Assembly (NCBI GenBank): GCA_963575745.1
Contig: CAUYUJ010000026.1
Span: 558,001 to 622,000 of the forward strand
Direction of reading: 5' to 3'
DNA length: 64,000 nt
Origin: Prorocentrum cordatum
Taxonomy: Eukaryota
Part shown: positions 42,720-54,938 of the stretch, one piece after another
How the letters are laid out: every line of letters begins with the position of its first letter
Position numbering within the stretch: the first letter of the stretch is position 1
Notes under the pieces: generated by a model
Told to the model about the DNA's origin: nothing
Seen by the model: the letters and a program-made list of their open reading frames with translations, nothing else
Databases searched by the model: none
Program-made: the position numbers and the translations under genes

Positions 42720-45120
42720 CAGAGCAACCAAAACGGGCGCCGCTCCCACGGCCGCCTCGCGACGCCCCGCCACCGCTCTCCGAGGACCCCAATAGTGCCT
42801 GTCCTGAGCCCATGCGGTGTCTGAGCCCGTTCGGCCGCCGAACAGACCTAGACCTCATCAGATTGACGAAAAGTCAAGGCGGAGGTTCTGGGCCCTCGCC
42901 GGACCCCAGGGCCGTCGGAGAAGGACTCGCGGGATGGATCCCGGGGAAGGCCTTGTCTTCGGACCCGCCGAATTTGGGGCGAATTCGCAAAGTGGGGCGG
43001 AAATCTCTGCCATACTTGTCAAGTCCCTTTGATGCCTTTTGCAGTCCTACTTTGCCCGTCGCTGTTTCGGCCATGCTGTTGAGGAACTATCCTTCCTAGT
43101 TCTCTGAGGTGGACATGTTCGCCCTATGTCATCGGATTGTTTGCGTGCGTGTCCGACGCAGTTCGAAATCCGGAAGTCACCCCAAGCTCGGTGGATCCGA
43201 AGTCAGGACCCAGGGGCCTTCTTCGCTGGGCCCTAGGACCGTCAAAAAGCGACTCGCGGGATCGAAAGCCGGTCGTAGGGAAGGAATCTTAGACCTCTGT
43301 GGTTATGATGTTCCAACCTGCTTTAGGCTGGACCACCAGCAACAATTTGCGCCAAGAAATACCGAACATTGAAGGTTCTCGCGTGTCGGACCCTGAGAGG
43401 CGATGCTCGTCAGACACTGTGGCGATGTGGATCTGGGTGCTCGAAATTATTTCTGGGATGTCCTTGAGAACGATGAGAGCAACTGTTGCTCCCATCGTAG
43501 AGTCTGGGTTAGCGTTTAGGGTTGTCGCAGCCGCATTAGCATAACAAACGGTTGCAGCGAAAACGCCATGTCCCGCTAGACTCTAGACCCAGCCGCTAAT
43601 TCTAGACCCAGCCGCATTCCGCTAAACCCCAGAGTTGTGTTACACAACTCTGGGGGTCCATGCTGCGGGAGAGCTCACGGGGTCAGAGCTCTGGCAGCTA
43701 TGGCCGTCGAGCGGCCCAGGACCCAGACCCTGCGGCGGCAGAGCGGGCTCGGATCCCGCGACCTCCTCGGAGGCCCGAGCCTCAAGCAGTAGCGAAGTGT
43801 CTTGGCGTGCCTATAAGCCCATCAAACAATGTTCTAAGAACCTGTTGTGGTTTCTACGACATGTTCTTTAGAACATCTCTGGCTGGGACTGTTTTGTTGT
43901 AGTACATCGGGGTTATATTCTAAGAACATCGTTTCCGTTCTTCGAACGCTTTGGGGTTCTAAGACCATGTCGTGGTAGCCCTATAGGAATGCCGGGACGG
44001 TCGGTCCCTGCTCAAGGGCCCGCTCGGCTTTTTTGCTCGGCGGCCGGGCGGGCCTAGACGCCGAACGGGCTCAGAATCATTCACACCAGGCGTTTTTCGA
44101 TTCAAAGTTTGAGCATAGTTCTTGTTCTCATTATGAGCAGGGTTCGCTGTCGGCGTCGCCGCGGTCGTTGCCCAATTGAGACAGAAGGCCGCCTGCCCAA
44201 CAGCGGCCGCTATCTGTTTTGGACAACATGTATTATTACGCATCGTGCCCATCTTTTCCGTACTCCCCTCGGGCGTCCAAACAGGACCCTCACGGATCGA
44301 TCCGGCCCGAAAAATGCCGCAGTAAGATTTGGTCCCGGGCTTTGGTCGTGATTGGCCATCATGTTGAATGTTTTTTCTACGCCGGATCTCACGGAGGCTT
44401 ACAAAATCATCGCAACCATCATTTTGCGAGTTCGGAGCGGATCTCTCGGGTTGACGCTGGGCCTGCTGCCTCCCCGGCTGGGGCCGGCGCCGAAGGCGCC
44501 GCCAGAGGGGGCCCAGCGCCGACCCACGAAAGCTGCACGGACCTCCGAAGGTTTCTGCTGGTGCCGCTCTCGTTCTTCTGGAGGCCCAGGCTTGCGCGGA
44601 TCTTCCGTGTTCTTTTCGGGAACATGGACCCCGGGGGGATCCAGACCTCTTCTTTGGGACTGGCTCTTCATCCCGCTTCGTTTTTTCGCGCTCCCGGGGC
44701 CCAGCGAGAGCGCCCAGAGGCCGAACATTTGAAAAACGGTACCGTCCGCCTTGGTTTTGTCACGACGCGAGGAGGTTTGGGAGATGAAGGGAAAGACGAA
44801 CTTATTGAATGCGAAATTCGTGGATCATCCCCGGGAATCAGCGACGGTCCGCATGGACCATGACCAAGATCGGTGCCGACACGATCCCGCGACATCTTCG
44901 TCAGGGCAATCGTGCTTCTTCCCCAGACCCCCGATGCCATGCTTATTGAAAAGTGGACACCCACAGGTCTCGACCCATTCATCCTGGGTCGTTGTCGACG
45001 GCCCCAGGGCTCGGCGAGGGCCCCCCGAGGACGAGAATCGCCAAAAGCCTCCCGTCGTGCTCGCCTTGCGACGCGAGGGGGCCACCTGTGGTCGTGCTTC
45101 GGCCCTCGAGGAGGGCAGCC

Positions 45121-45270
45121 ATGCCCGCGGACCGCAGCAGGCAGCCGACGGTGCCCCGCGCGCCCGTCGCCGCAGCGGCCGGTCTGGTGGCCGGCGGTGG
45201 CGCCCTGCGGGCGGCGGCCTCGGCCTTTGCGCCCCCGCCCGCGGCCACGGGCGGCGCCGCGCGCTCCAAG
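45121..45270 (+). CDS. dxs: Probable DXS exon 1 (signal peptide with ASAFAP motif)
   Basis: gccATG PADRSRQPTVPRAPVAAAAGLVAGGGALRAAASAFAPPP..SK, AAG|GC donor; ccaaggcgc is repeated at the acceptor 48998. Assignment to DXS is inferred. Confidence 0.6.
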
Positions 45271-45698
45271 GCGCAGAGTGCGCCCGAGCGGCAGGGCGCG
45301 GCCGCGGCGGCGACGCGGCGACGCGGCGGCCGCGGCGGCGGCGGCCGTGGGGACGCCGGCGAGACGACAGCAGCGACTGCGGGCGGCGGCGGCGGCCTCG
45401 GCGGCGGCGGACGGAGCCGCGCACGGGGACGGTAAGCACAGGGCCGCCGTCGCCACCGCTGCCGCAGCCGCTGCCGCAACCGCTGCCGCCGATGCCGCTG
45501 CCATCGCCGGCGGGTGCCGCCGTGCCGCCGCCATCGTCTCTGGAGAGCCGAGACGTGGTTCTGCCAGCGCGCGGCCCCAAGGGGCTCCCGACGGAGGGTT
45601 TCTCCGAACGGCTTAGGCGACCCGTCCTCCTATCCTCCTCTTCCTCCACCTCCTCCTCCTCCTCCTCCTCCTGCTCCTCCTCCTGATCCTCTCTTCTC

Positions 45699-46877
45699 AA
45701 TACCAATACAGCGCTGCAGCGAGAGATCCCATAAGCGGGCACGCCGAGACCAAAACTTAAGGATTGGGTTCAGGCCACGCCTTTAGCCCAGGGGGGAGTT
45801 TCCCTTCATTCAGGTACTTCAACATGCGCTTCCCCCATTCGCCCACGCGATCGGGTCGGCACTCTCCCCCTAACTTGATGAATTTCCCCCGCGACCCAGT
45901 CGCCCCGCAAGCCTGGCACCAGAAGACCCCTTGGCAAAAGCTCAACTTATGCGATGGGTCGATGCCGTGCGGGACCCTGGCGCAGGGGGTTGACAGCCAC
46001 TCCAGCTTCCTCCTTTCAGCCGTCGGGCGGGTGTTGCACAAAGCGCACCTGACACCTTTGGCGTCGGAGACGACCCTGTGGGTCGACACCGACGCCGCCC
46101 GTTCAACCTCGAGCACCCGCTCGCGTCCCCTGGCCTTGGCCTCGGACGCCCTCGCGGCCTTGGAGCTAGGACCATACAACTCGGGCGCTCGCGCCGCTAT
46201 GTTACACGCCACCGCCACAAGATGCTCCTGCACCTGCTGGGTTAGCACGTCAATCCTGCAGACCTCCGCGACAGTGAGACCTGGAAGCTGGGCCCTCCTG
46301 GCTCCTTACTCCGCGGCTGCGTCCGCAGCCCCATTGGCAAACCAAAGCAAAACAGGTGGGCCGTCAGGCCTCTCTGGGGCGGGTCGGGTGTGGCTCTTAA
46401 CTTTGATCATGTCGACCTGCCGATCGCCGACCTCCGCCCAGAACCTACGCCACGGCCCAACATTGGCAGGGGGCACGTAGCTCCTTCCCCTCTGGAAAAT
46501 ACGGATGGTGATGGCAGAGTCAACCGCGAGAGTAATAGAACCCCGCGTGTGGCGCAGAGCCTGGATGGCTCCCTCCAACTCGGCAAGCGGAACAGTCTGC
46601 TTATATCCTGGGAGCGGCCCGTGGCCCCATCCCAGCTGACTTTGTCCCCTGATGATGGAAAAACCCCATCCACAGCGTCTCAGCCTGGGCTCCGACGAGT
46701 AGGCACCCCCCGACCCGTCAGTCCCGACGACGACGTCCCCCTCCCCCAAATCGATCGGCCCAGACTCGAGACTGGGGGATAAAACTGGATCGCTTTGTAC
46801 ATCGACCAGCGTGGGGCCACTAGTCCACCTTAGTGGTGGTAGCCCTCTCAACCAAAAACACGGAAACTCTTCCCACC
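45699..46877 (-). mobile_element. 5'-truncated LINE with C-terminal RNase H and Cys/His-rich tail
   Basis: 17-bp TSD cctgatcctctcttctc at 45682-45698 and 46878-46894; tail aataccaatac on +; protein VGTDGSGG..QTVPLAEL..AVDS..KVKSH..NGAADAAAE*..CALC..SH..WCQACG with one stop at 46306. Confidence 0.88.
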
Positions 46878-47048
46878 CCTGATCCTCTCTTCTCCTCCTC
46901 CTCATCCTCCTCTCCTCTCCTCCTCCTCCTCCTCTTCCTCCTCCTCCTCCTCCTCCTCCTTCTCCTCCTCCTCCTCCTCCTCGTCCTCCTCCTCCTCCTG
47001 CTCCTCCTCCTCCTCCTCCTCCTCCTCCTCCTCCTCCTCCTCCTCCTC

Positions 47049-47134
47049 CTCTCACGACCTGCCCAGCGCTGGCTGGCCCGTCGCCGGGCGCGCCGCCGGG
47101 CGCGCCCGCCGCCTGCGCGGCGCCAGCCAGCGGC
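47049..47134 (-). repeat. Family E copy with (GGA)n tail
   Basis: Reverse complement of 18243-18326. Confidence 0.8.
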
Positions 47135-47323
47135 CCGTCTGCCGCACATCGTGTCATCGCACGATGATTCAGGCAGTCACATTATTCACGCTTGCGCTCT
47201 GCGCTCGGTGCCTCCCGCCCCGCCCGCGAGCCGAGACGGTGTGCTCCCAGTACAGTGGGGAGCACACTAGCCGAAGCGAACCTCTCGCCCTCAGGCTTCG
47301 TTCACACCACCTCCTCCTCCTCC

Positions 47324-47354
<31 letters not shown>

Positions 47355-48998
47355 CTCCTCCTCCTCCTCTCCACCTCCTCCTTCTTCTCCTCCTCCTCCT
47401 CCTCCTCCTGCTCCTCCTCCTCCTCCTCCTTCTCGTCCTCGTCCTCCTCCTCATCCTCCTCCTCCTCCTCCTCCTCCTCTCCACCTCCTCCTTCTTCTCC
47501 TCCTCCTCCTCCTCCTGCTCCTCCTCCTCCTCCTCCTCCTCCTTCTCGTCCTCGTCCTCCTCCTCATCCTCCTCCTCCGCCTCCTCCTCCCCCCTCCTCC
47601 TCCTCCTCTTCCTCCTCCTCCTTCTCCTCCTCCTCCTCTCCGCAGACTATAGCAGACTATATTCATGCACCGCAACATGGCAGCATCCCTGGGGCATTTT
47701 TTGTAAATGCCGATTCGCGCAAGATCATTGGATTTGGGAATGACTTGCGCCTGCATTCGCATCATTGGAAATCCTTGTGGGCCCTGGTGGTCTTGCGGCG
47801 GGAATGTCAGAAGGATTGTTCTGAGAGGCCGCGAAAACTATGCACCGCACCGCGCCTGGTTTTCATCGACGGCCTCAGAGTCTGTTGTCGAGTTCTCTCG
47901 TCGACCCATTTGGGTCGGAAAGTTTGCGCGCGCATCTTCGCTGGGCTCGCAAGGGGGCGCGCCAGCGCAATCGGGACTCGACGACGCCAGGGGGCCCTTT
48001 GAAATTTCGAGGCTCGGTACGGTGATCAATTATCGTCCGCGGATCCTCCTCTTTCTCCTCCTCTTTCTCCTCCTCCTCCTCCTCCTCCTCCTCCTCCTCC
48101 TCCATTCCTCCTCCTCTATCCTCCTCCTCCCCTCCTCCTCCTCCGCCGCATCCTCCTCCCTCCTCCTCTTCCTCCTCCTCCATCTCTTCCTCCCCCTCCC
48201 CCTCTTCCACCTCCCCCTCCTCCTCCGTCTCCTCCTCCTCCTCCTCCTCCTCCTCATCATCATCATCATCCTCCTCCTCCTCCTGCTCCTCCTCGGGTCG
48301 CCTACGTCCCCAGGGGAAACTGTGCAAGAGGGTCCCGATCCCATCGCTGGACGTGGGGCTTCTTTTTGTGCCAGATCCAGCCAGGGGCCCGATGACGGAC
48401 CCTGGGGGCCGAAGTCGAGGAAAAAACGCCAGTTGCAAAACCTCATGAGCGACGTAAGAAACAAACCGTCGCGCGTAGGCTGCCCGCGTTAGGTCGCACG
48501 TAAGCGCGCTCGTTTCCAACGTGGCATGCCGCGCTGGCGGCCTGCGCAAGCCACCGCACAAAGTCGCAAGATGTCATCGTGTGGAAGACCCATCTCTTTT
48601 CGTCGGTGACGTCGTCGTCGCGGTCGCCGCCGCCGTCCCCTGAGATGCGACGCTGCGAAAAAAGTGCAATCTCGCGACAAATCACGACTGGAGGCCTCGA
48701 GCCCATCTTCCTGCGCCATCTACTCCGAGCCCGCTCTCTGTGCTGGTCCTGAGGCCCGAGACTGGGCGAAACCACCGGCGCGAAAAAGATGCAGCGCCCA
48801 GATCTCTGGGTTGTGGCGCCGACCATCAGTTGGAGTGGGGGAGGAGGTGAAGGATGAGGAGGAAGACTAAGCGGATGATGAGGAGGAGGAGGAGGAGGAG
48901 TAGGAGGAGGAGGAGGAGGATGAGGAGGAGGACCCCTCCCCTCCTACTTCTGGTGGTGGTGGTGGAAAACAGGCCCACCATCCACGATTGCCCCCAAG

Positions 48999-49162
48999 GC
49001 GCTCCGGACGCCGAGTGCCAGCGCCGCAGCGGCCGTGGTGCCGGCGCAGGCGGAGCAGCCGTCGCCGCCGGCACGCAGCGGCCGCGGCGCCTCGGCGCTC
49101 GCGTGTGTCTCCGCGGCGGGCCTGGCCGTGGTCGCTCCGGCGCTCAAGGAGCGCAGGCGGAG
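48999..49162 (+). CDS. dxs: Probable DXS exon 2 (transit peptide with stop-transfer hydrophobic segment; end approximate)
   Basis: ALRTPSASAAAAVVPAQAEQPSPPARSGRGASALACVSAAGLAVVAPALKERRR: hydrophobic stretch followed by a basic cluster. Confidence 0.55.
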
Positions 49163-49240
49163 GCGCTCATGAGGTCGAATGTGAGCGTTTGTTGTTTTCC
49201 TCCCCGGCGTAAAGCTCGTTACCCTCGGGCGGGCTGTAGT

Positions 49241-49807
49241 GTCGGGGGCGGCAAAGATGGGAGTGATTACTAGGAGGGTGGATATCATGGCGTGGGCCAT
49301 GATATTTCCCCAGATTTCATGGCGCCTCTTCTTATTATAATCGCTTCGCTCATGCCGCCGGCCCTGGAGCCCTCTTTAGGGCCTCTTGGGGGCCTCTTGG
49401 GGACCTCTTAGGAGTCTCTTGGGTCTCCTTGGCGGCGTTTTGGAGGCCCCCAGGGCCTCTTGGGGGGCTCTTGGGGGTAGTCGATTGCGGCTCCCCCCTG
49501 GGAGGCCACGATCCTCGTGAGGGGTGTCGAAAAATACCCTCCCCTGGAGTGGTCTGGTGGCTTCTCCCGGGCTTCTCTCGGGACCTTGCCGGGGTACTTT
49601 TCGTCCGGGGGCCCCAAGGGGCCGCTCCGCGCGCGCGAACTAGAAATATTGTTAACAAGTTACCGGAGACCTTAGCACGCCTCTGGCCCGTTGGGCCGGC
49701 GAATTTCATTACGTCCGCGGCCCCCCCGCTGGGCCGCGCACATGCCGCCGGTCATGATTTGCGCCCCCCCCCCCTCTTGGACACCCCCATCTTGGCCGCT
49801 CCCGATA
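49241..49807 (+). mobile_element. Family C copy split by a ~350-bp insertion
   Basis: The two halves of the 901-1094 element lie at 49241-49332 and ~49703-49807. Confidence 0.6.
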
Positions 49808-50959
49808 CTGGGGGGTGACCTACATTGGGGGGTTGAGCAAAGGGACCCTTTGCAGGGCCCCTTTTGGGCCCCTGCTTGCTCAAAAAGGGGCGGTAAAGGG
49901 CCCCTGTCGGACCCTTCTCTTCACCCCCAATTTAGGTCCCCCCCATTACCACCCGCCTGATACCGGGGCACGCACCCCCCCAAGAAACGCTGACGATCGC
50001 ACTGGGCGAGGAGGCCTGGACCTCCACCCCCTTACGTGCTAGGGGGCGCACTGTGCTCACAGGCATGGCGTGGTGCCGAAGGCATGCTTGGTGCTCATAA
50101 ACTTGTTGTGGCGCTCGCAGGCTTCCCACCTGATGCGGCGCCGAGCTCACAGGCATGGCGTGGTGCCGGAATGCACGTCTCGGTGCTCACATGCGTGTTG
50201 TGCGTGTTGTGGCGCTTGCAGGCCATTTGCGGTGCGCATATGTCAGACGGGCTCACTGCCCAGGTGCCCGGCTCGGAGGGCGGCGGGTCGGGGAACCGAT
50301 GACGAGCGGCTTCCGGCTGGGCGGGCGTTCAAGGTGGAACGCGACACAAGGGCCCGTCTCGGGCCCCGGGAACCGCAGAAACGAGCCCACGGCGCGAAAT
50401 CGATATGGAAGATGGGGTCGAGGGTTTCCAGGTCCTCCAGGAGCAGACATCGTTCAAGATTGAACGATCCGCGCGGCGTCAGTATCACCGATGTCATCGC
50501 GAGACGACCTGTCGTACCCAGCACGACGGAGAAGGCGAAGAGTTGCCAGTCCCCCACCCTCCTCCTACCTCCTTCCTGCGTCCTCCCGAGTGTATGTTGT
50601 TTTGAAAATTCCACGGCGTCCTCCCGAACGGCTGAATGCAAGCGTTGTTTCGGGAGTTCCACGGCGCAGGAGCTTTCGACCCCCTCGTGAGGCTCCTGGT
50701 GTTCCTCCTGTTGCTGCTCCCCTTGCTCCTCCTGCAGCTCCTCCCCCCGCTCCGTATCACCCTCCCTCAACGAAGGCCGCCAGGACCGTTGAAAGAGGAG
50801 AGGGAGAGGACAGGGATGAGGAGGTGCAGTAGCAGGCGGAGGAGGCGGAGGAGGAGGAGATGAATGACGAGTCATAAAAAGGCCTCCGTGGTCTGTGGCG
50901 AGCCCCGCAAGGAGGCCTCGCAATTTACTCATGTCATGTGCTCGTTGGCACGTTTGGCG

Positions 50960-51340
50960 CCCTGGTGTGCACAGGCATTGTGGTGCATGAAGGCATTGTG
51001 GCGTTCGTGGGCGCTGCGGTACACATGGCTGCTGTGGTGTACACATGCGCGGTAGTGTACACAAGCGCTCTGGTACACGCAGGCAAACGGGTGTACGCAG
51101 GGGCTGTTGGGCGCAAGGCTGCTGCAATGCACACAGAGACTGCGGTGTACATAGGCGACGTGGTGTTGCGGTGCACGCGGCGATTGTGGTGTACGGATGG
51201 TGTACGGATGCACTGCGGTGTACACAGGCGGCGGTGTGTTGCACGCAGGCGTTGGGCATTGTCGTGTACGCAGGGGCTGTGGTGCAGACGGGCGGTTGAT
51301 GCGCCGTTGGCGCAGACGCACCCTGGCGTGTGCACGCCGC
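50960..51340. repeat. Degenerate short-period tandem repeat (GTGTAC/GTGCAC-rich, ~18 bp)
   Basis: Recurrent tgtggtgtacac/gcggtgtacac units. Confidence 0.7.
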
Positions 51341-52027
51341 GGCCGCCGTTACAGTTACCCTCCCGCCCGACCCCTTCCCCCCTGGGTAACGACCGTTACC
51401 CCGGAGGAACAACAAATGCTCACAATGCCGAGGTCCTCTCCTCCTCATCCTCCTCCTCCTCGTCCTCCTCCTGTCAACCGCCTCTCCTCCTCCTCCTCCT
51501 CCTCCTCCTTCTCCTCCTCCTCCTCCTCCTCCTCCTCCTCCTCCTCCTCTTCCTCCTCCTCCTCTCGCGCGTGCTTCTGACGCTGGGGAGCCGTCGTGGC
51601 GGAAGCTAAGGGGAGAGTGCCCGAGGGTTTGCCGGAGGACAAAGCGCTGCGGAGCGCGCACACCCGACTCTCACGACGGCGAACATATCCGTACGGTAGG
51701 TTCGCGTCGTGTCGGCCGACAGCAACCCCGCCGCCGGCGCTCAACGTTGAAGGCCCCCGCCGACCCAGAATCGGTCGATGCTGGACGATCAGACGTTTCG
51801 GAGGCGGCCGATCGTTCAAGGTTGAAGGACCCCCGCGGTGTATCTCGGCGGCGAGCGAGGGAGGGAAGCGAGAAGAAGAAGGCCTTCGCAGAATGCTCGG
51901 GAGTCCTGCGGCCTTCGGAGAAGTCTTCTGAGCCCTCACCGAAGACACCTGAAACTTCTCAGAAGACGCGAGGGCTTCTGAGAAGCAGAAGGCGCGAGAG
52001 CGAACGTTATGTCCTAGATGAACGGCG

Positions 52028-52190
52028 TGAACAAAAACTTTCGGAGCTCCGCGCGGATTTCTTGGATCTGCGCTGGGCCCCCCCTGGCGGCGCCTCCAGC
52101 GCCGCCCCTGGCGCGCTCTGCGCGCCAGGGAGGCCCAGCGTGTATCCGAGAAATCCGCACGGGCCTTCAAAAGTTTATGTCTATGCAGTT
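52028..52190 (+). repeat. Palindromic repeat family B, best-preserved copy (~165 bp)
   Basis: aaactttcggagctccgcgcggatttcttggatctgcgctgggcc ... ggcccagcgtgtatccgagaaatccgcacgggccttcaaaagttt form long inverted arms. Copies also in DXS introns at ~55195-55337, 55818-55958, 56579-56742. Confidence 0.8.
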
Positions 52191-52372
52191 TATTGCTCTT
52201 CCGATCTCCGTACCCGCGCCTTCGTAGTCTGGTTTCTGGGGCGCGATCCCGCCGATACGCGGTCGCACGGATGCGTTCCGCGCGGGGCATCCGCGAAAGG
52301 ACGCGCCATATCCGCGGGGCCGCGGCCCAGAAGCCCGGCCCGCGAGGCCGCGGAGGATGCGGATCTGTCGAG

Positions 52373-52424
52373 GCCCCGTGGCCGCCGGGGTGCCGTGGCC
52401 GTGGCAGCGGAGGCGGGAGGCCAG
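52373..52424 (+). CDS. dxs: Candidate DXS exon 3 (end of transit peptide)
   Basis: (R)PRGRRGAVAVAAEAGGQ, AG|G acceptor, CAG|GA donor; phase-compatible with neighbours. Confidence 0.4.
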
Positions 52425-52998
52425 GAAACGTCTACGGACGCTGCCGTCTCGTGAGATCCTGGCGTCGCAGCTTGGCCTCATTGGGCGATGTGTTTGCCTA
52501 GTTCCGCGGGCCCTGACCATTACAGATCGATCTGGCTCGACAGAAGCGGCAGAAAGATCGATTTCTCGCGACCTTGCCAGTTTTCGCAGCGTCAGACCTC
52601 GGGAGTCTCAGGATGAAGAGCTTGTTCTGGGGTTTCAGGGCTCGAGACCTCTGACGGCCCACGCCGTGAGCAGAATCACGACGCCAGATGTTGGGGTACA
52701 GGCAACGCTCAACACTGACAGCAAGGATGAGCAACTTTTCGAGGTTACAATCCTTGCATCCTGTCCCTTCGGCCCATCCTTGGCCACTTTCGCTGGCCGT
52801 GCCCCGCTCGAAAAATGCCGCCATGAGCGTCCAAGGGGCTCGCACCCCTATCGCGCATCCTTGCTACCAGTTTCGATTGTAATTGGCTGGAGATCTGCGC
52901 AGATCTCTTGGGTCGGCGCTGGACCCCGCTCCCCGCACCCATGGCGACGCCTGCGGCGCCGCCGCCAGGGCGCCGCTCGCCGCGGAAGGGTCCCCAGG

Positions 52999-53150
52999 GT
53001 CGGGCATGTTCTCCTACTGGCGGATTTTGGAACGAACAACTCAACGTAGCCAACAAGTATTCCAAAGTGGTGAGAGATGGTCGAAAAGCCGTCCCCATCC
53101 TGGCTCTGTACTACTTTTGGACATTCCTCCTGTAGAAGGGCATGCCCGAC
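52999..53150 (-). mobile_element. MITE-like family A copy (reverse)
   Basis: gtcgggcatgttctcctac...tgtagaagggcatgcccgac TIRs. Confidence 0.65.
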
Positions 53151-53747
53151 TGAACCCCAGGGGTGCCTGAACCCGAGCCTTGTGGAAGTGGAGTGATGGA
53201 GAGGAAGCATGTTGCCAAATCATTTCCAGATGTCTAAAACATGTTTTCAAACATGTTTTCAATGTGTACAAGAATGTTTGAAACATTTTTAGAACATGTC
53301 TTACACATGTTTAACACATGCTTAACTCAATGGTCGGATTGTTGGAGTGCCCATTGTCATGGCTTCCACAGCCCGAGCCCGCTCGGCCGCCGGGTGGGCG
53401 GCCGAGCGGGCGCCGGCTCGGGGCGGGGCCGCGGGAGTGGGCTCGAGTCCGGATCTTCCCCGCGGGGTGGCCGGATGGGCCTCGCCGCCGAGAGGGCTAG
53501 GGAGGAGGGCTCGAGGAGGAGGAGGAGGAGGCAAAGGTACCCATACTGCTACCCTTTGCTCGTTTTCCCCTTTTTGGGCCTCCTGGGAGGCCCTCGTTGC
53601 CACCGCTGGATGCGCCTCGAAATCCTGGTCAGAACGCTGCCTGGGAGAGGTCCAGGGAGTAGCGGTATCGGTACTTTTTGGTTTCCCCAAGGAGGAGGAG
53701 GAAGAGGAGGAGGAGGAGGAGGAGGAGGAGGAGCTCTGAGGGCCCAG

Positions 53748-53773
53748 GCTTCTGACGGGGTGATGTTTCCAAG
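53748..53773 (+). CDS. dxs: Candidate DXS micro-exon 4
   Basis: ASDGVMFP(R), CAG|G and AAG|GC; phase fits 52424 and 54058. Confidence 0.35.
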
Positions 53774-54057
53774 GCGCCGCCCCAGAGGTCCCGATCCCGC
53801 TCTTGATGGCCTCGGGGGCCGGGAGCGGTGTCCAGAGAGAGAGGTCGAAATCTAGTGCAACTCGCCGGTTGGAAAAGTCATACCGTCGGAGATGTGGGGG
53901 CGTGGGCAGAGCGGCCCTGTGCACGCCCCAGCGGCCCGCGCAGACCTCTGGAAGCTTTCTTGCTCCCGTGCCGTTTTTCCTGCCTGCTGCAGCAGGCGCC
54001 GCTGAGGCCAGGCGAGCAGGCCTCCCGCATGCCCGACCGGGGCACGTTCCCCCCGAG

Positions 54058-54093
54058 GCCCACGCCCTTGCTCGACTCGCTGGGTGACGAGGG
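54058..54093 (+). CDS. dxs: DXS exon (start of mature domain; limits approximate)
   Basis: PTPLLDSL is the conserved N-terminal PTPLLD of plastid DXS. Confidence 0.7.
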
Positions 54094-54503
54094 GACCTCA
54101 GGGGCAACGCCAGGGGGTGGACACGCTTGGCGTCGGAAGGATAGCGTGCGATGTGGTGCCGCCTGCCCGTTAATTGCACGCTATATCCCACATCTCGGGG
54201 ACAGTGTGCACCGCATGGGCCCTGGCGGGGGATATCACGCGCAGAAGGGGCTCTCGCGGGGAGATCGCCTCACCGGGACAGCGTGCTTTCGGAGATCGAT
54301 GTTCCGCGCTGCCTTTCCAACGCCGACCGTTGGCTCATGGGGATGCAGCGACCTCCAATCGCCCACCCCTCGCACATAGGAGCCTCAGCCGCCCATGACC
54401 CTGCGGATTCGCCATCGCGGTGCCCCATCGCCGATGTACATCCGCTGTGTATGGCCGATTCTAGGTCGATGTTTCCTCCCCTCGAGCTAGAACCTCCCCG
54501 CAG

Positions 54504-54555
54504 GACCTCGCGCATCCGCGGCATGAGCGTGGAGCAGCTCACCGAACTCGCGGAG
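54504..54555 (+). CDS. dxs: DXS exon
   Basis: TSRIRGMSVEQLTELAE (cf. MKNLSxxELxxLAxE); CAG|G acceptor, GAG|GA donor. Confidence 0.8.
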
Positions 54556-54938
54556 GACTGGGGTAGGGAGCGCACATGCCGATGCCGCTGCTCGTCCCAG
54601 AGGGCCCTCGTCGCCACGGCTGGATTATCCTCGAGATTCTGGTCAGAACCCGTCCCGGAAGGGGTCTGGGTAGTGGCGGTATCGCTACTCTCGAAGAACA
54701 AAAACGGCATAAACATGAATTTTCGGTGGTCCGCGCGGATCGTCAAACGTTTATGTGAATGCCCTTGTTTGTTCCTCTATACTCCGGTGTTGCCAGAAGT
54801 GTCCCAGGCCCAAGGTGCCCCCCAGATTTCCAAGGCTCCCAGAGCACCCCGCACGTGGCCCAGAGGGCCCCAGAGTGGCGCGAAGAGCGGGCCACCTCTG
54901 GGAACGCCCGAGCTTTGTGTTTGCCCCCCTCCTCGCAG

